A stretch of 64,000 nt of DNA from an uncultured virus (IMG/VR IMGVR_UViG_3300031693_000204) (IMGVR_UViG_3300031693_000204); one strand, 5' to 3'. Positions 47,689-58,147 are shown, counted from the stretch's first letter. Made by a program: numbers and translations. The notes: a model not told the origin generated them from the letters alone.

Positions 47689-48579
47689 ATGTTTGACGTG
47701 AATCAACCTTTCAGTCGAGACCAACTTATCCTCGTGTCCAAGCTGGCGATGATCGCCGCTGTGGATCGGATCGAATCAGGAATGCCGACCAGTTGCGATT
47801 GGGAGTCACGTCTTACCATCGCTGGCAGTGAGAAGTCAGCAATGACGCTCACAAGCCACGACGAAGGATGTTTGGCGACAGCGGGAATGAATCTCGCTTG
47901 CATCTATGCACAATTGACCGATAATGGAATTCATCTCAAAGTCACCGCTGACTTCACAGCGCAAGACATTGAGAAATCTGGCGACGGTCTTGGAGTCGGT
48001 GACGCACTTGAAGTCAGTGGCTTTGAAAAAGCTGTTCGGGAATGGGTGGAACTGGCTTGCCGTGATAAAGGCGATACTGTCAAGGCAAGAATAGCACAAC
48101 TTGGCACTGGCGGATGGCAAATTCATCAAGCATACATGAACTATCCGAACTGTGAAGAACTTGCGACAAAGTTTGTCGATGCCATGTTCGACGATTACAT
48201 CAAAGTGGCAGAGTCCAAATACTCTGACATGGGTATTGAGTTGGGTGATGGCGGATATATTGCTTTCCCCGATAGCGATGGCGACATTCGACGATACGAC
48301 AGTCAAGGCCACTGTGAAGACATCAAAAACCCCGGCGATGATGGTTATGAAGAGTGGCGTGATCTGTTCGCAGATGATGCACTCTACTATCAACCAGAGG
48401 GTGCTGGTGATGAAGGGTCAGACATCAAATCCTATCAGGTTTACCGGCACTTGACAAATGCACGAGCGGCACATCCCAACGATGACATTCTCTCGTTCAA
48501 CGATGCCGACATTCAACAGCCGAAGTTTCTTGACTTGTCGAATCCCGAATACGGTGATCCGAGTAACATCCCCGAATAG
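47689..48579 (+). CDS. Hypothetical protein
   Basis: GGAG RBS; stop overlaps motif. Confidence 0.65.
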   Translation: MFDVNQPFSRDQLILVSKLAMIAAVDRIESGMPTSCDWESRLTIAGSEKSAMTLTSHDEGCLATAGMNLACIYAQLTDNGIHLKVTADFTAQDIEKSGDGLGVGDALEVSGFEKAVREWVELACRDKGDTVKARIAQLGTGGWQIHQAYMNYPNCEELATKFVDAMFDDYIKVAESKYSDMGIELGDGGYIAFPDSDGDIRRYDSQGHCEDIKNPGDDGYEEWRDLFADDALYYQPEGAGDEGSDIKSYQVYRHLTNARAAHPNDDILSFNDADIQQPKFLDLSNPEYGDPSNIPE

Positions 48580-48630
48580 GACACCGGGAAGTCAGGTGTA
48601 ACAAACACAAAATTTGTAAAGGACAACCAC

Positions 48631-49029
48631 ATGAAAAGTTTGCTGAGTAAAATTGCCGGTCGTTTGTCTGGCATGAACGAAGAAGATTTGACTACTGCCG
48701 AAGGTCAGATTGTCAAGCTGTTGGTCAAGGCTGGATACTTGGAGCGTGTTGATCAAGGCGATTATATCGACTACGACTGCGCAGGCTTCGATGGCGATCC
48801 AGAACCAGTCATCGAATCACAGTTCGTCCAAAAAGTGACTGTGGTTGATCCAGATACCCGACTTGACGTTGAAGTTGAGATTCGTAAAATGGCAACCGGC
48901 CCAATGATTGGGCTGGATGGAAGTTTCCTTGACCAGTTGGGACCAAAGGAATGTCCAAGTCGAAGGGGAATGGATAATCCGAGAAGCCCGTATGACAATT
49001 CAATCATTAACGTACCGGATGACGAATAA
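48631..49029 (+). CDS. Hypothetical protein
   Basis: AGGA RBS after motif. Confidence 0.6.
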   Translation: MKSLLSKIAGRLSGMNEEDLTTAEGQIVKLLVKAGYLERVDQGDYIDYDCAGFDGDPEPVIESQFVQKVTVVDPDTRLDVEVEIRKMATGPMIGLDGSFLDQLGPKECPSRRGMDNPRSPYDNSIINVPDDE

Positions 49030-49409
49030 TGACAATTCGAGTAATGAGAAAGTCTCTTCAAAAGACCCCTGAACGACCAGACCATTGTACTCGTCGAAGG
49101 ATGAAGCCATTCATCGACGATTGCGAGTGTGAATACTGCAAAGCTATCAACGAATCGTGGTCTAAGCCAGCAACAATCGAAGCTGGTTACGGTTGCATCC
49201 CGATAGGAACAGCAGTTGGGTTTCTCGATCACTGGGCGGCGAAAGAAGCCAAGAGAGACACGCTCACTGTCAAGAGCGGCAACCATTCCGACTGGGACTA
49301 TAAGAATCCCAGCGACGGCAACAAACGATACTGGGATCGTACACTATTCCGTGGCGATGAACCAGTGGCGTTATACTTCTTAACATTCATTGAGGACGAA
49401 GACGAATGA
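49029..49409 (+). CDS. Hypothetical protein
   Basis: TAATG coupling to previous gene. Confidence 0.5.
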   Translation: MTIRVMRKSLQKTPERPDHCTRRRMKPFIDDCECEYCKAINESWSKPATIEAGYGCIPIGTAVGFLDHWAAKEAKRDTLTVKSGNHSDWDYKNPSDGNKRYWDRTLFRGDEPVALYFLTFIEDEDE

Positions 49410-49663
49410 CAAATCTAATTATGATAGCAAGAGGGACGGCACTAACATCATACGATGTCGTGTTGAGAACATGATTCAGGAAAGAATGTGTCTCGCCGAC
49501 GACATGAGCGAAGACAGAATGAAGTACGAAATCCGTCTGGTGCTTCACGAACAGGGATACTTAAAGACAAAACCGAAAGAGCCAGTGAAAGAATAGGACA
49601 CCGGGAAGTGAGTTATAAGAAACAACACTTCTTCTTAAACAACCACACAGGAGAGAGTCTAAC

Positions 49664-49978
49664 ATGCAGAGCATTCAAGATTGCCCGACTCGCACTTATC
49701 CTGCCGGTCGTCCGATTGCACCTTACCGACATGGCGAAGAGATCACCAGTCTCAGTCAAATCAAGACAGGTGATGTCATCATCATGGTCTCGCATCAGTT
49801 CGAGGCCGAGAACCTTATCAAAGTGACAAGCCGTGAGCGTAACACGCAAGGGTTTGATTACAAGTACATGTCACCCGAAGGTAAAGTCGCTAGTGTGGTG
49901 AGCGATATGTTCTGCTGGGACTTTGATTTTGAGGAAGGTCCAGCGTCACACAAGACACTCTACCGAGGAAAGAAATGA
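49664..49978 (+). CDS. Hypothetical protein
   Basis: AGGAG RBS after motif. Confidence 0.55.
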   Translation: MQSIQDCPTRTYPAGRPIAPYRHGEEITSLSQIKTGDVIIMVSHQFEAENLIKVTSRERNTQGFDYKYMSPEGKVASVVSDMFCWDFDFEEGPASHKTLYRGKK

Positions 49979-50287
49979 CAACCACCAAAAAAACACATGA
50001 GGAAATGGAATCCGAGATGGAAGAAATCTTCCGTCCAATGGATCGAGCGTCCAACCAATACAGAAGAGGTGCGCTGGGATGATTCGGACAAGGACAGGCT
50101 ATGCAAGCCGATGCCTACAACGCCGCTCCCGAATGGCTACAAAAGTGGGATGACAAGCACCGCTGGTTGATCTGCTTCACGCAAGGCTGGTCTGGACTTA
50201 TCACATTGGCATCGGCGTTTAACTGGTCAAAAGAAACTCTGCTGGCCGATCTGGTTTACTACGAATCATTGCACAGGACACCGGGAA

Positions 50288-50560
50288 GTGAGTCATAACC
50301 TAACGCCGTTTCAATTGTCGATGCCGAAAGCAGTGCAGAAGCAAGCCTACGAACGCTTGCCGATGACGTGCGATAAGGTAAGGGCAATACTCGATGAAGC
50401 CAAGGCACAGTTGATGGCAGACCTCGAAATTGATCCGGCTGAAGATGCAACTGTAGATGCAGCAATCAGCTTCGCTTTTTGTCGCATACGGGATGAGGTA
50501 ACTCAACCCTTTCGGGATGAGCAGATGGAACTGTTAAACAATTTTTGTAGAGAGACCTAA
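50288..50560 (+). CDS. Hypothetical protein
   Basis: GTG start overlapping the motif end. Confidence 0.5.
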   Translation: MSHNLTPFQLSMPKAVQKQAYERLPMTCDKVRAILDEAKAQLMADLEIDPAEDATVDAAISFAFCRIRDEVTQPFRDEQMELLNNFCRET

Positions 50561-50746
50561 ATGGAAATTGAATTCATCATCGTGAACTACGTTTGGTTTT
50601 TGGCGATTGCAACCGCACTTCTGGTTGCGGCACTCAAGTCAAAGACCACTCAGAAGAGAGTCTTCTTTTGGCTTAGCTCCGTTGCCAGCGGATCGGCTGG
50701 ATTCATTGGCATGGTTTACTACTACGCATTCTTGGGACATCTGTAA
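50561..50746 (+). CDS. Small membrane protein
   Basis: Two hydrophobic segments; stop abuts motif. Confidence 0.5.
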   Translation: MEIEFIIVNYVWFLAIATALLVAALKSKTTQKRVFFWLSSVASGSAGFIGMVYYYAFLGHL

Positions 50747-50840
50747 TCGGACACCGGGAACGTGTACGTTAGGAAATGTTAATTGGTTTTCTTGTTGATG
50801 ATGCCGATGGAGCATCACGAAGGACGAAAAGGAAAGCAAA

Positions 50841-51149
50841 ATGAAAGACACACTCATACTCGATGACAAGGGCGATAATCCCGGAGCATCACAACTTTTG
50901 CACATCGAAGGCGACAACGACCATCTGGCAATTCGACCAGAGGGTTACGGGGAAGCCAGTGCCGCCACGGGGCATGGATTTCCTGTTCTCTTCGAGAAGT
51001 ACAACGGAAAACTTCGATTGATTGTCTGGGGAGACATTAACCAGCAAGACCCAACACATATCATCTGTCTCGATGGCGCACAAGATAGTCGTCTAGGCAA
51101 GGAAACATTCTCGAATGGAATGACCAGAGAATTTGGACCAACTGAGTAA
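50841..51149 (+). CDS. Hypothetical phage protein
   Basis: IRPEGYG...LRLIVWGDINQQDPTHII. Confidence 0.65.
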   Translation: MKDTLILDDKGDNPGASQLLHIEGDNDHLAIRPEGYGEASAATGHGFPVLFEKYNGKLRLIVWGDINQQDPTHIICLDGAQDSRLGKETFSNGMTREFGPTE

Positions 51150-51167
51150 GGACGTGGTTGTCCCCGC

Positions 51168-51211
51168 AAGAACCGGCATTCCGTTCGTCTCCACGGGATG
51201 CCGGTTTCTTT
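51168..51211 (+). terminator. Hairpin/terminator followed by motif
   Basis: AACCGGCATTCCGT/ACGGGATGCCGGTT plus T-rich tail. Confidence 0.65.
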
Positions 51212-51268
51212 AATTGGACACCGGGAAGAGAGATAGAAGCAACCACATAGAACAGACAGGAGAAAAGC

Positions 51269-52453
51269 ATGTGTCAACCACGAACAGACGTAGATTTTCT
51301 GCCACCAACCAACTTTGATAAGTTGGTCCGAGAGGGGCAACTACTGCCGTTGAATGAGTACGATCATATCATCTGCTCTTTCAGTGGGGGCAAGGATTCC
51401 ATCGGACTCACAATACAAATTTTGGAAATGGCAATCGAGCAAGGTGTTCCCGAAGACCGAATCGAGTTGTGGCACCAAAACATTGATGGTGATCCCGCCG
51501 ACAACGGTGAAGCCTTCATGGATTGGCCGGTAACTCACGCTTACGCAAGTGCGGTAGCAAAAGCACTTGATCTGAAATTGAGATTCCAATGGAAAGACGG
51601 TGGATTCGAGGGCGAGTTGCTCCGAGAAAACGTATCGACTGCGGGAGTCTACTTTGAAGATCAGTTCGGCAAAACGCAATTCGCTCCACCACAAGCACCC
51701 TCAAGGAACTGCGCTTGTAAAAGACACACATTCCCGAAAGCCGAATGGGACACCGGGATACGTCGTTGGAGAGTGGCTGATGAAAGTCATCTGATTTGCC
51801 CAGTGTGCGACAAGGTTCGCAAGGGAATCGACAGTCGGCTCAAGTGGCCTGCCAAAGCAGCGAGTCTAACCACCCGCTGGTGCAGTGCCTACTTAAAGAT
51901 TGATGTTGCAAAGCGAGCGATCAACAATGATCCCCGATTTGACAATGCGAAAGTTTTGATCCTCACAGGAGAACGTCGAGAAGAAAGCACAGCACGATCC
52001 AAGTACGATGAAGTTGTGAAACATGGTAGCACGACAAAGAAGCGTCGAGTGGACCAGTGGCGAAGTGTTATTGATTGGTCTGAGAACGATGTGTGGGAAG
52101 CAATGGAACGGTGGCGATTGAGGCCGCACCCTGCTTATTCTGTTGGCTTTGGGAGAGTCAGTTGTATGGCTTGCATCTTCGGAGACAAGCACCAGTGGGC
52201 AAGCGTCCGAGAACTTTCCCCTAACATGTTCAATAACATAGTACAATTAGAAACCAAGCTCAACCACACCATCGACAGCAAGAAGACAGTGCTGGACATG
52301 GCGGATGCTGGAACTGCCTACCCGGAGTGCAAATCGGAAGTAGCAGAACAAGCAATGTCGCTGAACTATAACGTAAGCGATGTGTTCGTACCAGATGATG
52401 AAGAGTGGAAGTTACCGAGTGGTGCCTTCCGAAAGTGTGGTGGTCCCATATAG
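51269..52453 (+). CDS. PAPS reductase family (PP-loop) protein
   Basis: SFSGGKDS, RWCSAYLK, GERREES..R, HPAY..GFGRVSCMAC. Confidence 0.8.
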   Translation: MCQPRTDVDFLPPTNFDKLVREGQLLPLNEYDHIICSFSGGKDSIGLTIQILEMAIEQGVPEDRIELWHQNIDGDPADNGEAFMDWPVTHAYASAVAKALDLKLRFQWKDGGFEGELLRENVSTAGVYFEDQFGKTQFAPPQAPSRNCACKRHTFPKAEWDTGIRRWRVADESHLICPVCDKVRKGIDSRLKWPAKAASLTTRWCSAYLKIDVAKRAINNDPRFDNAKVLILTGERREESTARSKYDEVVKHGSTTKKRRVDQWRSVIDWSENDVWEAMERWRLRPHPAYSVGFGRVSCMACIFGDKHQWASVRELSPNMFNNIVQLETKLNHTIDSKKTVLDMADAGTAYPECKSEVAEQAMSLNYNVSDVFVPDDEEWKLPSGAFRKCGGPI

Positions 52454-53026
52454 GACACCGGAAAGACCAGTACGAACGATGTCTAACCATTCCAGAAACT
52501 CCGAATCCAACATATCATTTTTCATTCGGTTTACTGTAATGTGTACCCAACGAAGATTGCCCAGTTCATTCCCGCCTCCTCTGGATGTGGGAATGATATG
52601 GTCAAGGGAGGCATCGCCAGTACCCAATTCTATTGACTTGCCAGTAACGGCACAACAACCATTTTGAGATTCATAGAGTTCAGATAACTCTGTCCAGCGA
52701 CTTCTATCTTGTAAACCTTTGGTGGCAATGTTTTTGATTACGCACTTCTTACACAAAGATCGGGAATTGTGTTTAGCACCACCACAAGACTGACACTTGC
52801 CTTGCTCTTTCAGTCGAGCCTTGACTTTTCGACAACATTTGAGGCAACGTGTCTTGCCGTCAGAAGTCTTACCGCAGTCGCAGCATTTGCCTGATGATTT
52901 ACGGTCTGACTCCCATTTCCTTTTTCGCTCTAAGCATTTTGAACATCGGGAGTAGAACTTGCCGGTTTTGGCGTTGATTTCATCACGCTCATTTTTACAC
53001 GAGTGGCATTTTTGTTTTTCATTCAT
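52412..53026 (-). CDS. HNH endonuclease with Cys-rich N-terminus, antisense to the array
   Basis: Multiple CxxC; CAVTG...SLDHIIPTSRGGGNELGNLRWVHITVNRMK. Confidence 0.8.
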   Translation of the reverse strand: MNEKQKCHSCKNERDEINAKTGKFYSRCSKCLERKRKWESDRKSSGKCCDCGKTSDGKTRCLKCCRKVKARLKEQGKCQSCGGAKHNSRSLCKKCVIKNIATKGLQDRSRWTELSELYESQNGCCAVTGKSIELGTGDASLDHIIPTSRGGGNELGNLRWVHITVNRMKNDMLDSEFLEWLDIVRTGLSGVLYGTTTLSEGTTR

Positions 53027-53126
53027 ACCCTATCTAGTATTTAGGGTGAGGAAATTATAAAATAAAATTTGGACTAATCGGACACCGGGAAGGGAAGAGT
53101 AACGACAACCACATTTGGAGAGAGAC

Positions 53127-53894
53127 ATGACGAAGCGACAACCTTTACCAACCGAAATTCGTGAACGGGAAACCCCTGTTGATTTCACTGAAACTTTCAA
53201 GTGGCAGAAGTCAGTCACTTTTACTACTGAAAGTTTCGTGAAGTGGATGGAGCAAAATCTCCCTTCCATCAAGGGCATGACTCCCGGAATGCAAAATGGG
53301 ATCAAGGTCGGCGACAAACTCTTCTACTTGAAGTCGCTGCCGATCTGGTACTACACGTCGCACTTCGGATTCTCATTCATGCCAGTTTTGGGAACAATTC
53401 CGGCCCGTAGTGGATTGGAAATCTACAAAGGTAGGACTGCCGGTTACGCATACTTTGATCAACAAGTCAACATCCCTGTACTTGTCAACAATGACAGAGA
53501 ACCGTGGATGTCGCTGACCCCGAATGAAATTCTTACTCTCCGTGGATCGGTTCGCCGAACGAAGGGCAACGTGGGAATGGCCGGTCTTGGTCTTGGCTGG
53601 GTTGCAAGGAAAGTCTTGGAACGGTCCAAGGTCAAGCACTTGACGATCCACGAAATCGACCAGAGCGTTATCGACCAGTTTGGAAAATCTCTGATTGAAG
53701 ACTTTGGTGATCGAGTCAAGATCGTTCACGGCAACGCTTACGAGGCCGACTGGTCATCCTATGATGTGTCTCTGTGGGACATTTGGAAAGACTACGGTGG
53801 TGCATCTTGGGACAGCAAGTACAAAAAGATTCGTGACTCATTGCACAGAGATAACAAAATTTGTATTGGTTGGGGAGAAGGTGTTGGCGCATAG
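53127..53894 (+). CDS. SAM-dependent methyltransferase-like protein (spermidine synthase-like)
   Basis: WMSLTPNE, AGLGLG, IHEIDQSVI, WDIW. Confidence 0.65.
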   Translation: MTKRQPLPTEIRERETPVDFTETFKWQKSVTFTTESFVKWMEQNLPSIKGMTPGMQNGIKVGDKLFYLKSLPIWYYTSHFGFSFMPVLGTIPARSGLEIYKGRTAGYAYFDQQVNIPVLVNNDREPWMSLTPNEILTLRGSVRRTKGNVGMAGLGLGWVARKVLERSKVKHLTIHEIDQSVIDQFGKSLIEDFGDRVKIVHGNAYEADWSSYDVSLWDIWKDYGGASWDSKYKKIRDSLHRDNKICIGWGEGVGA

Positions 53895-53940
53895 GACACC
53901 GGGAAGAGAGTCGTAACAACCACAATTAGGAGAGACGACA

Positions 53941-54420
53941 ATGCACTGGTCAATTGAAAACGCCAACTTTGCGAACGATCCTCGTGTTCGGGCTGCTCAA
54001 CGTGGAGCATGGTTCAAGTCTGTGGACAAGAGCCGGATGCGTGCGGTAGTTTCCTTGCGATGGGAAGATGATGAAGGCGAAGAGTTTGAGAAGGATGTTG
54101 AAGTCCCGATCAAGTTCGAGGTTTGCCAGACTTGTAACGGCAAAGGCACTCACGTCAATCCTTCCATCGACAGCAACGGAATCACGGCGGAAGAGTTTGC
54201 CGAAGACCCGGATTTCCGGGAAGAGTATTTTTCTGGTCGGTTCGATCAGACTTGCAACGAATGTCACGGCGAACGGGTTGTACCCGAAATCGACGAACAA
54301 TGTGTCAATGAAGAAACTCGCAAACTGCTCGATCAGGTGATGGCACAGATTGAGTCTGACCGACAGTTTGAGGCAGAATGTCACGCCGAACACATGGCAG
54401 AAATAAGGATGGGAGCATGA
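53941..54420 (+). CDS. Protein with CxxCxGxG Zn motifs
   Basis: CQTCNGKG...CNECHG. Confidence 0.65.
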   Translation: MHWSIENANFANDPRVRAAQRGAWFKSVDKSRMRAVVSLRWEDDEGEEFEKDVEVPIKFEVCQTCNGKGTHVNPSIDSNGITAEEFAEDPDFREEYFSGRFDQTCNECHGERVVPEIDEQCVNEETRKLLDQVMAQIESDRQFEAECHAEHMAEIRMGA

Positions 54421-54692
54421 TGAAAGCAATGATCGGATTCCAAAGGACAAGTATGATATACATGTCAAACAACGGGACTTGTCTTTGTGACGAACACGTC
54501 CGCTCTGGTGGAGCGTACTTGGAAGCGGAAGTCAGGCAACCCAACAATACCGTGTCAAGTAGGACAACACAAGATGGAGTGGATATCATTAAGACTCCGC
54601 TCGATGAATGGTTGTGCCTCACGCCGGAAATTGCCAAGCAAGAAAACGTCGAATGTGACGTGTGTAACCAATAGGACACCGGGAAGAACATT

Positions 54693-54884
54693 ATGGAAAA
54701 CAAACTAGGCATTACCCACACACCTGTTGATAATGGTGGCGTGAAAGAAAATCAATGGGTAATCAAACTCCCTGAGAATTGCGAAGTGGATATTTACGAA
54801 GAGTCTGGGACAATAACAATACAAGGTGGCGAACTGGACCTGAGAATTGCGAAGTGGATATTTGCGAAGAGTCTGGGACAATAA
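54693..54884 (+). CDS. Small ORF truncated by tandem duplication
   Basis: Frame shifts at the 68-bp duplication. Confidence 0.45.
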   Translation: MENKLGITHTPVDNGGVKENQWVIKLPENCEVDIYEESGTITIQGGELDLRIAKWIFAKSLGQ

Positions 54885-54906
54885 CAATACAAGGTGGCGA
54901 ACTGGA
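54771..54906 (+). repeat. 68-bp tandem duplication (54771-54838, 54839-54906), one mismatch
   Basis: CCTGAGAATTGCGAAGTGGATATTT(A/G)CGAAGAGTCTGGGACAATAACAATACAAGGTGGCGAACTGGA twice. Confidence 0.9.
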
Positions 54907-54922
54907 CACCGGGAAGAACATT

Positions 54923-55366
54923 ATGGAAAATACACGAATGAGTTCAATGAGCGAAGAACAACTGGCACGATTTGGTCAGTATATCGTTGACTTGTTTGGC
55001 CTTGTGTCTTTGGATGGCGTGGTTAGCCACGAAGTCATCGAGCCAATGGTCAACAACGGTTGGTCGCTGGGGCAAGAGAATCCGAAGACCTTAGTTGGTC
55101 TGGGTCGAATCATCGTGCGGCTTCTCAGCAATGCCGTGGAAGCCGACGATCAGATTTTGGGATATGTCCGATTGGATACTCCCAACAACCATGTAGCAAA
55201 AGACTTGCTGCTGCAAGCAATTGTCGAGCTTAAAGCTCGCCGTGAACCAGCGGAAGAGTATGTTGAGAAGCGGTACGAAGGACACACTGACAAGTTCCGT
55301 GCCGATAAACTGGTCCAGATTCAAGAGAAGTTGAGACTTCTTGAGGATGCTGGTATCGAAGTATAG
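54923..55366 (+). CDS. Hypothetical protein
   Basis: Bounded by motif copies. Confidence 0.6.
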   Translation: MENTRMSSMSEEQLARFGQYIVDLFGLVSLDGVVSHEVIEPMVNNGWSLGQENPKTLVGLGRIIVRLLSNAVEADDQILGYVRLDTPNNHVAKDLLLQAIVELKARREPAEEYVEKRYEGHTDKFRADKLVQIQEKLRLLEDAGIEV

Positions 55367-55584
55367 GACACCGGGAAAAAGGATATGAGAAATGAAAGTT
55401 TTATCTTCAACAAAACCGGAGCATCTTGAAGAAGATTTGCCGGAACTGGAAAGAGTCAATAAAGAACTAATGACTTCGGACAAACATCCAACTTGGAGTT
55501 GGTTTGGCGGAATGATCACGATCAAAGATCGTGAGTATCAAGTCGCACCAGATCCAACAGACGCAGAATAGGACACCGGGAACA

Positions 55585-55827
55585 ATGGCACAAGCACACG
55601 TTTGGCACGAAGATGTCACAGACGAGGACTGGATGGAAGGTCACGGCGAGTCTGGTTTCTTCTGGGATGATGCCGAAGATCATGGCGGATTCGACCGGAA
55701 TACACCGTGCGGACCTTTCGAGAAAAGAGAACAAGCCGTCCAAGACGCAACCAAGTGTTTCGGACAAGAGCCAACAATCATCGAAGGTAAACCGGAACGA
55801 TACGAAGATCATTTCGACCACAAATAA
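55585..55827 (+). CDS. Small hypothetical protein
   Basis: GFFWDD...CGPFEKREQA; ATG right after motif. Confidence 0.55.
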   Translation: MAQAHVWHEDVTDEDWMEGHGESGFFWDDAEDHGGFDRNTPCGPFEKREQAVQDATKCFGQEPTIIEGKPERYEDHFDHK

Positions 55828-55836
55828 GGACAACCA

Positions 55837-56238
55837 ATGAATTTGAATTTCCCAGACAACTTGACGGAAGATGAACAAAAAGAATTCACTTCCGTCAACC
55901 TCATTGCTCACAACGTCCTGCGAAATGCAGACCCAGACACGCATCATCCGTGCTGGCTTTGTATGAGCGACGAAGCAAAGCAGGAATCCCGTGAAATGGC
56001 AGCAACGTGGTACAATTTACACAAGCGACCTTTGATGCCAGTTGCGGCTGGCACAGAAGACGAAATTTTTCGCTTTGAGAGAGTCCTGTTGCCAATTGCC
56101 GGTCCCATGATTCAGCAATGGATTATGGCAGAGGCAGAATTCAAACGATTGCGAGTGGAAGAGAATAACCCACGAACATTCTTCGCACCAGCATATGCGT
56201 GTCCGTGCGAAGCATGTGAGCGGGGGGATCGTTTCTGA
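55837..56238 (+). CDS. Hypothetical protein
   Basis: AGGA RBS. Confidence 0.55.
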   Translation: MNLNFPDNLTEDEQKEFTSVNLIAHNVLRNADPDTHHPCWLCMSDEAKQESREMAATWYNLHKRPLMPVAAGTEDEIFRFERVLLPIAGPMIQQWIMAEAEFKRLRVEENNPRTFFAPAYACPCEACERGDRF

Positions 56239-56386
56239 TGCCTGACGTGCTACCTGTAAATGGCAAAGTCTACTGGGAAGAACGTGGTCTCAAGCCCGTC
56301 CTGTACAACAACAGCACAGAAAAGTACGAGGACGTAGGACACCGGGAAACAGGGCAACGAAACACAATTTTTGTATTGGAGACACG

Positions 56387-56956
56387 ATGAAGTTGATTAC
56401 AAAAGAACACAGTTGGTTGACGGATGATGATGCCGGGATTCATTTCTCCCGTCAACAACGACCGTTTTCTCTGGAAGTCAAGACCGTTCCGCCAGCAACC
56501 ATCACTGCTGTTCGTAATCAGTCTTGCTTGATTAAACCGCCGACTTTGGAGATCCCAATCTCCGAGTTGGAGTTGTTGATTGCCACTAAGTGTGAGCCTC
56601 GTGGCGGGAACACGAAGTGGAACAGCAACACCATCTGCGGTGCCTACCACTGGAAAAAGATGGGCAAACCCGGTCTGGTGATTTACCAAGTGAACGGCAC
56701 TGGCAATCACTTCATGTTCATGGACCAATTGGAATTGTTTGATTCCTTCACCGAAATCTCAAAGGTGGCAAGCCCAATCGTTGTTTGGGACTTGATTCAG
56801 TCTTGGTTCAACGCATACGAGCGTGGCAGCACTCACTCGCATAATGCAACGAAGACAGAATACACTCAAGCGTTTGTTGATGGAAGACTCAAGAAAAGGA
56901 AACACCGAGGTCTCCAGACCTATAAGGTTTGGATCGAAGAACGAAAAGTTGCGTAA
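56387..56956 (+). CDS. Hypothetical protein
   Basis: GGAG RBS; bounded by motif copies. Confidence 0.65.
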   Translation: MKLITKEHSWLTDDDAGIHFSRQQRPFSLEVKTVPPATITAVRNQSCLIKPPTLEIPISELELLIATKCEPRGGNTKWNSNTICGAYHWKKMGKPGLVIYQVNGTGNHFMFMDQLELFDSFTEISKVASPIVVWDLIQSWFNAYERGSTHSHNATKTEYTQAFVDGRLKKRKHRGLQTYKVWIEERKVA

Positions 56957-57073
56957 CCGACTGGACACCGGGAAGCGATGTGTAAGAGAAACTTTCAGTT
57001 TGTGTATAATTGAAAGTGTGAGAACGTCAGGTAAAACTGACGTGCTTCTTTTTCATTAACATTGGAGAACAAC

Positions 57074-57610
57074 ATGTCTAACGTGAAGCGACTTACGGTT
57101 GAAGGAAAGTTGCCGTTCAATTGCACGGAGAACTATGAACTGCGCCAGTTGCTCGGGCAACTTAATGCTCCGCTGATGGGGATTCGCATCACTTGGGTTG
57201 GTTCTGCCGAACACATTCCAAACGAAGAAACTGGTGGATCAACAGCGATTGTGTATTTCACCATCCACGGAACAGAAGCGGTGAGCTACAAATGGATCGA
57301 CCACTTGCTGGCGGTAATCGTCAATGCTGGCGGCGAAATCATGCTTGCTGAATCTGCCGAAACAGACGAAGGTGCAAACACACTCAAAATAGCTATTCCA
57401 GAAAAGTCGAAAACCAAAGGGCAAGAGTTTGTTTGCCCGGTCGTCTTCAATGTGGAAGACAACGACAAACCATTCGAGTCACACCAACTACGGACATGGT
57501 TGGAAGAGGCAGTTTTTGTTGACCTGCGAACCGAAGATGGAAACTTTGATGCTGGCGAAGACACAACAGTCAGCATGGGACTCGATCTTCAACGACTTGA
57601 CCCCCGGTAA
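57074..57610 (+). CDS. Hypothetical protein
   Basis: GGAG RBS; bounded by motif copies. Confidence 0.6.
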   Translation: MSNVKRLTVEGKLPFNCTENYELRQLLGQLNAPLMGIRITWVGSAEHIPNEETGGSTAIVYFTIHGTEAVSYKWIDHLLAVIVNAGGEIMLAESAETDEGANTLKIAIPEKSKTKGQEFVCPVVFNVEDNDKPFESHQLRTWLEEAVFVDLRTEDGNFDAGEDTTVSMGLDLQRLDPR

Positions 57611-57655
57611 TCGGACACCGGGAAGAGAGTTGTAACAACCACAACGGAGAAAACA

Positions 57656-58090
57656 ATGGACCACATGATGAAATCAGTGACGCTAAATGTCAAGTCTCGA
57701 ATTACGCCTTTGGTAAAATACGAAGTCAAGAGACTTCTTGCTGTTCAACACATCGTCGTCAATGGCGGCGGCGGAATGGGCGGAAGTCGTGAACACTTCT
57801 ACGGTACAGTCACCAAAAGAGGCAAAGCTGAATCATGGGACACTGACTTTTGGGATGTCAAACTGACGGTCACGAATCGAAAGATTCGTCTCAACCCTGA
57901 ATACATGGGAAGAGTTGAAGAAGTCGCTTTGTGGGAAGAGAAGATCACTCACAAGAACGGAAACTTTACAAGTCCTTTGGTGAATCACTTCATTGCTCAT
58001 GTTGACACGGAATTGAAAGCAGTGTCAGGACAAAGCCACGAAGACAGTCCCGAAAAGATATTCGGGTTTCTGACAGGATGCAACTTCTAA
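57656..58090 (+). CDS. Hypothetical protein
   Basis: GGAG RBS; bounded by motif copies. Confidence 0.6.
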   Translation: MDHMMKSVTLNVKSRITPLVKYEVKRLLAVQHIVVNGGGGMGGSREHFYGTVTKRGKAESWDTDFWDVKLTVTNRKIRLNPEYMGRVEEVALWEEKITHKNGNFTSPLVNHFIAHVDTELKAVSGQSHEDSPEKIFGFLTGCNF

Positions 58091-58147
58091 ACGGACACCG
58101 GGAAGAAGGGTAACGAAGTCAACCCAAAATTTGCATTGGAGACAAAG

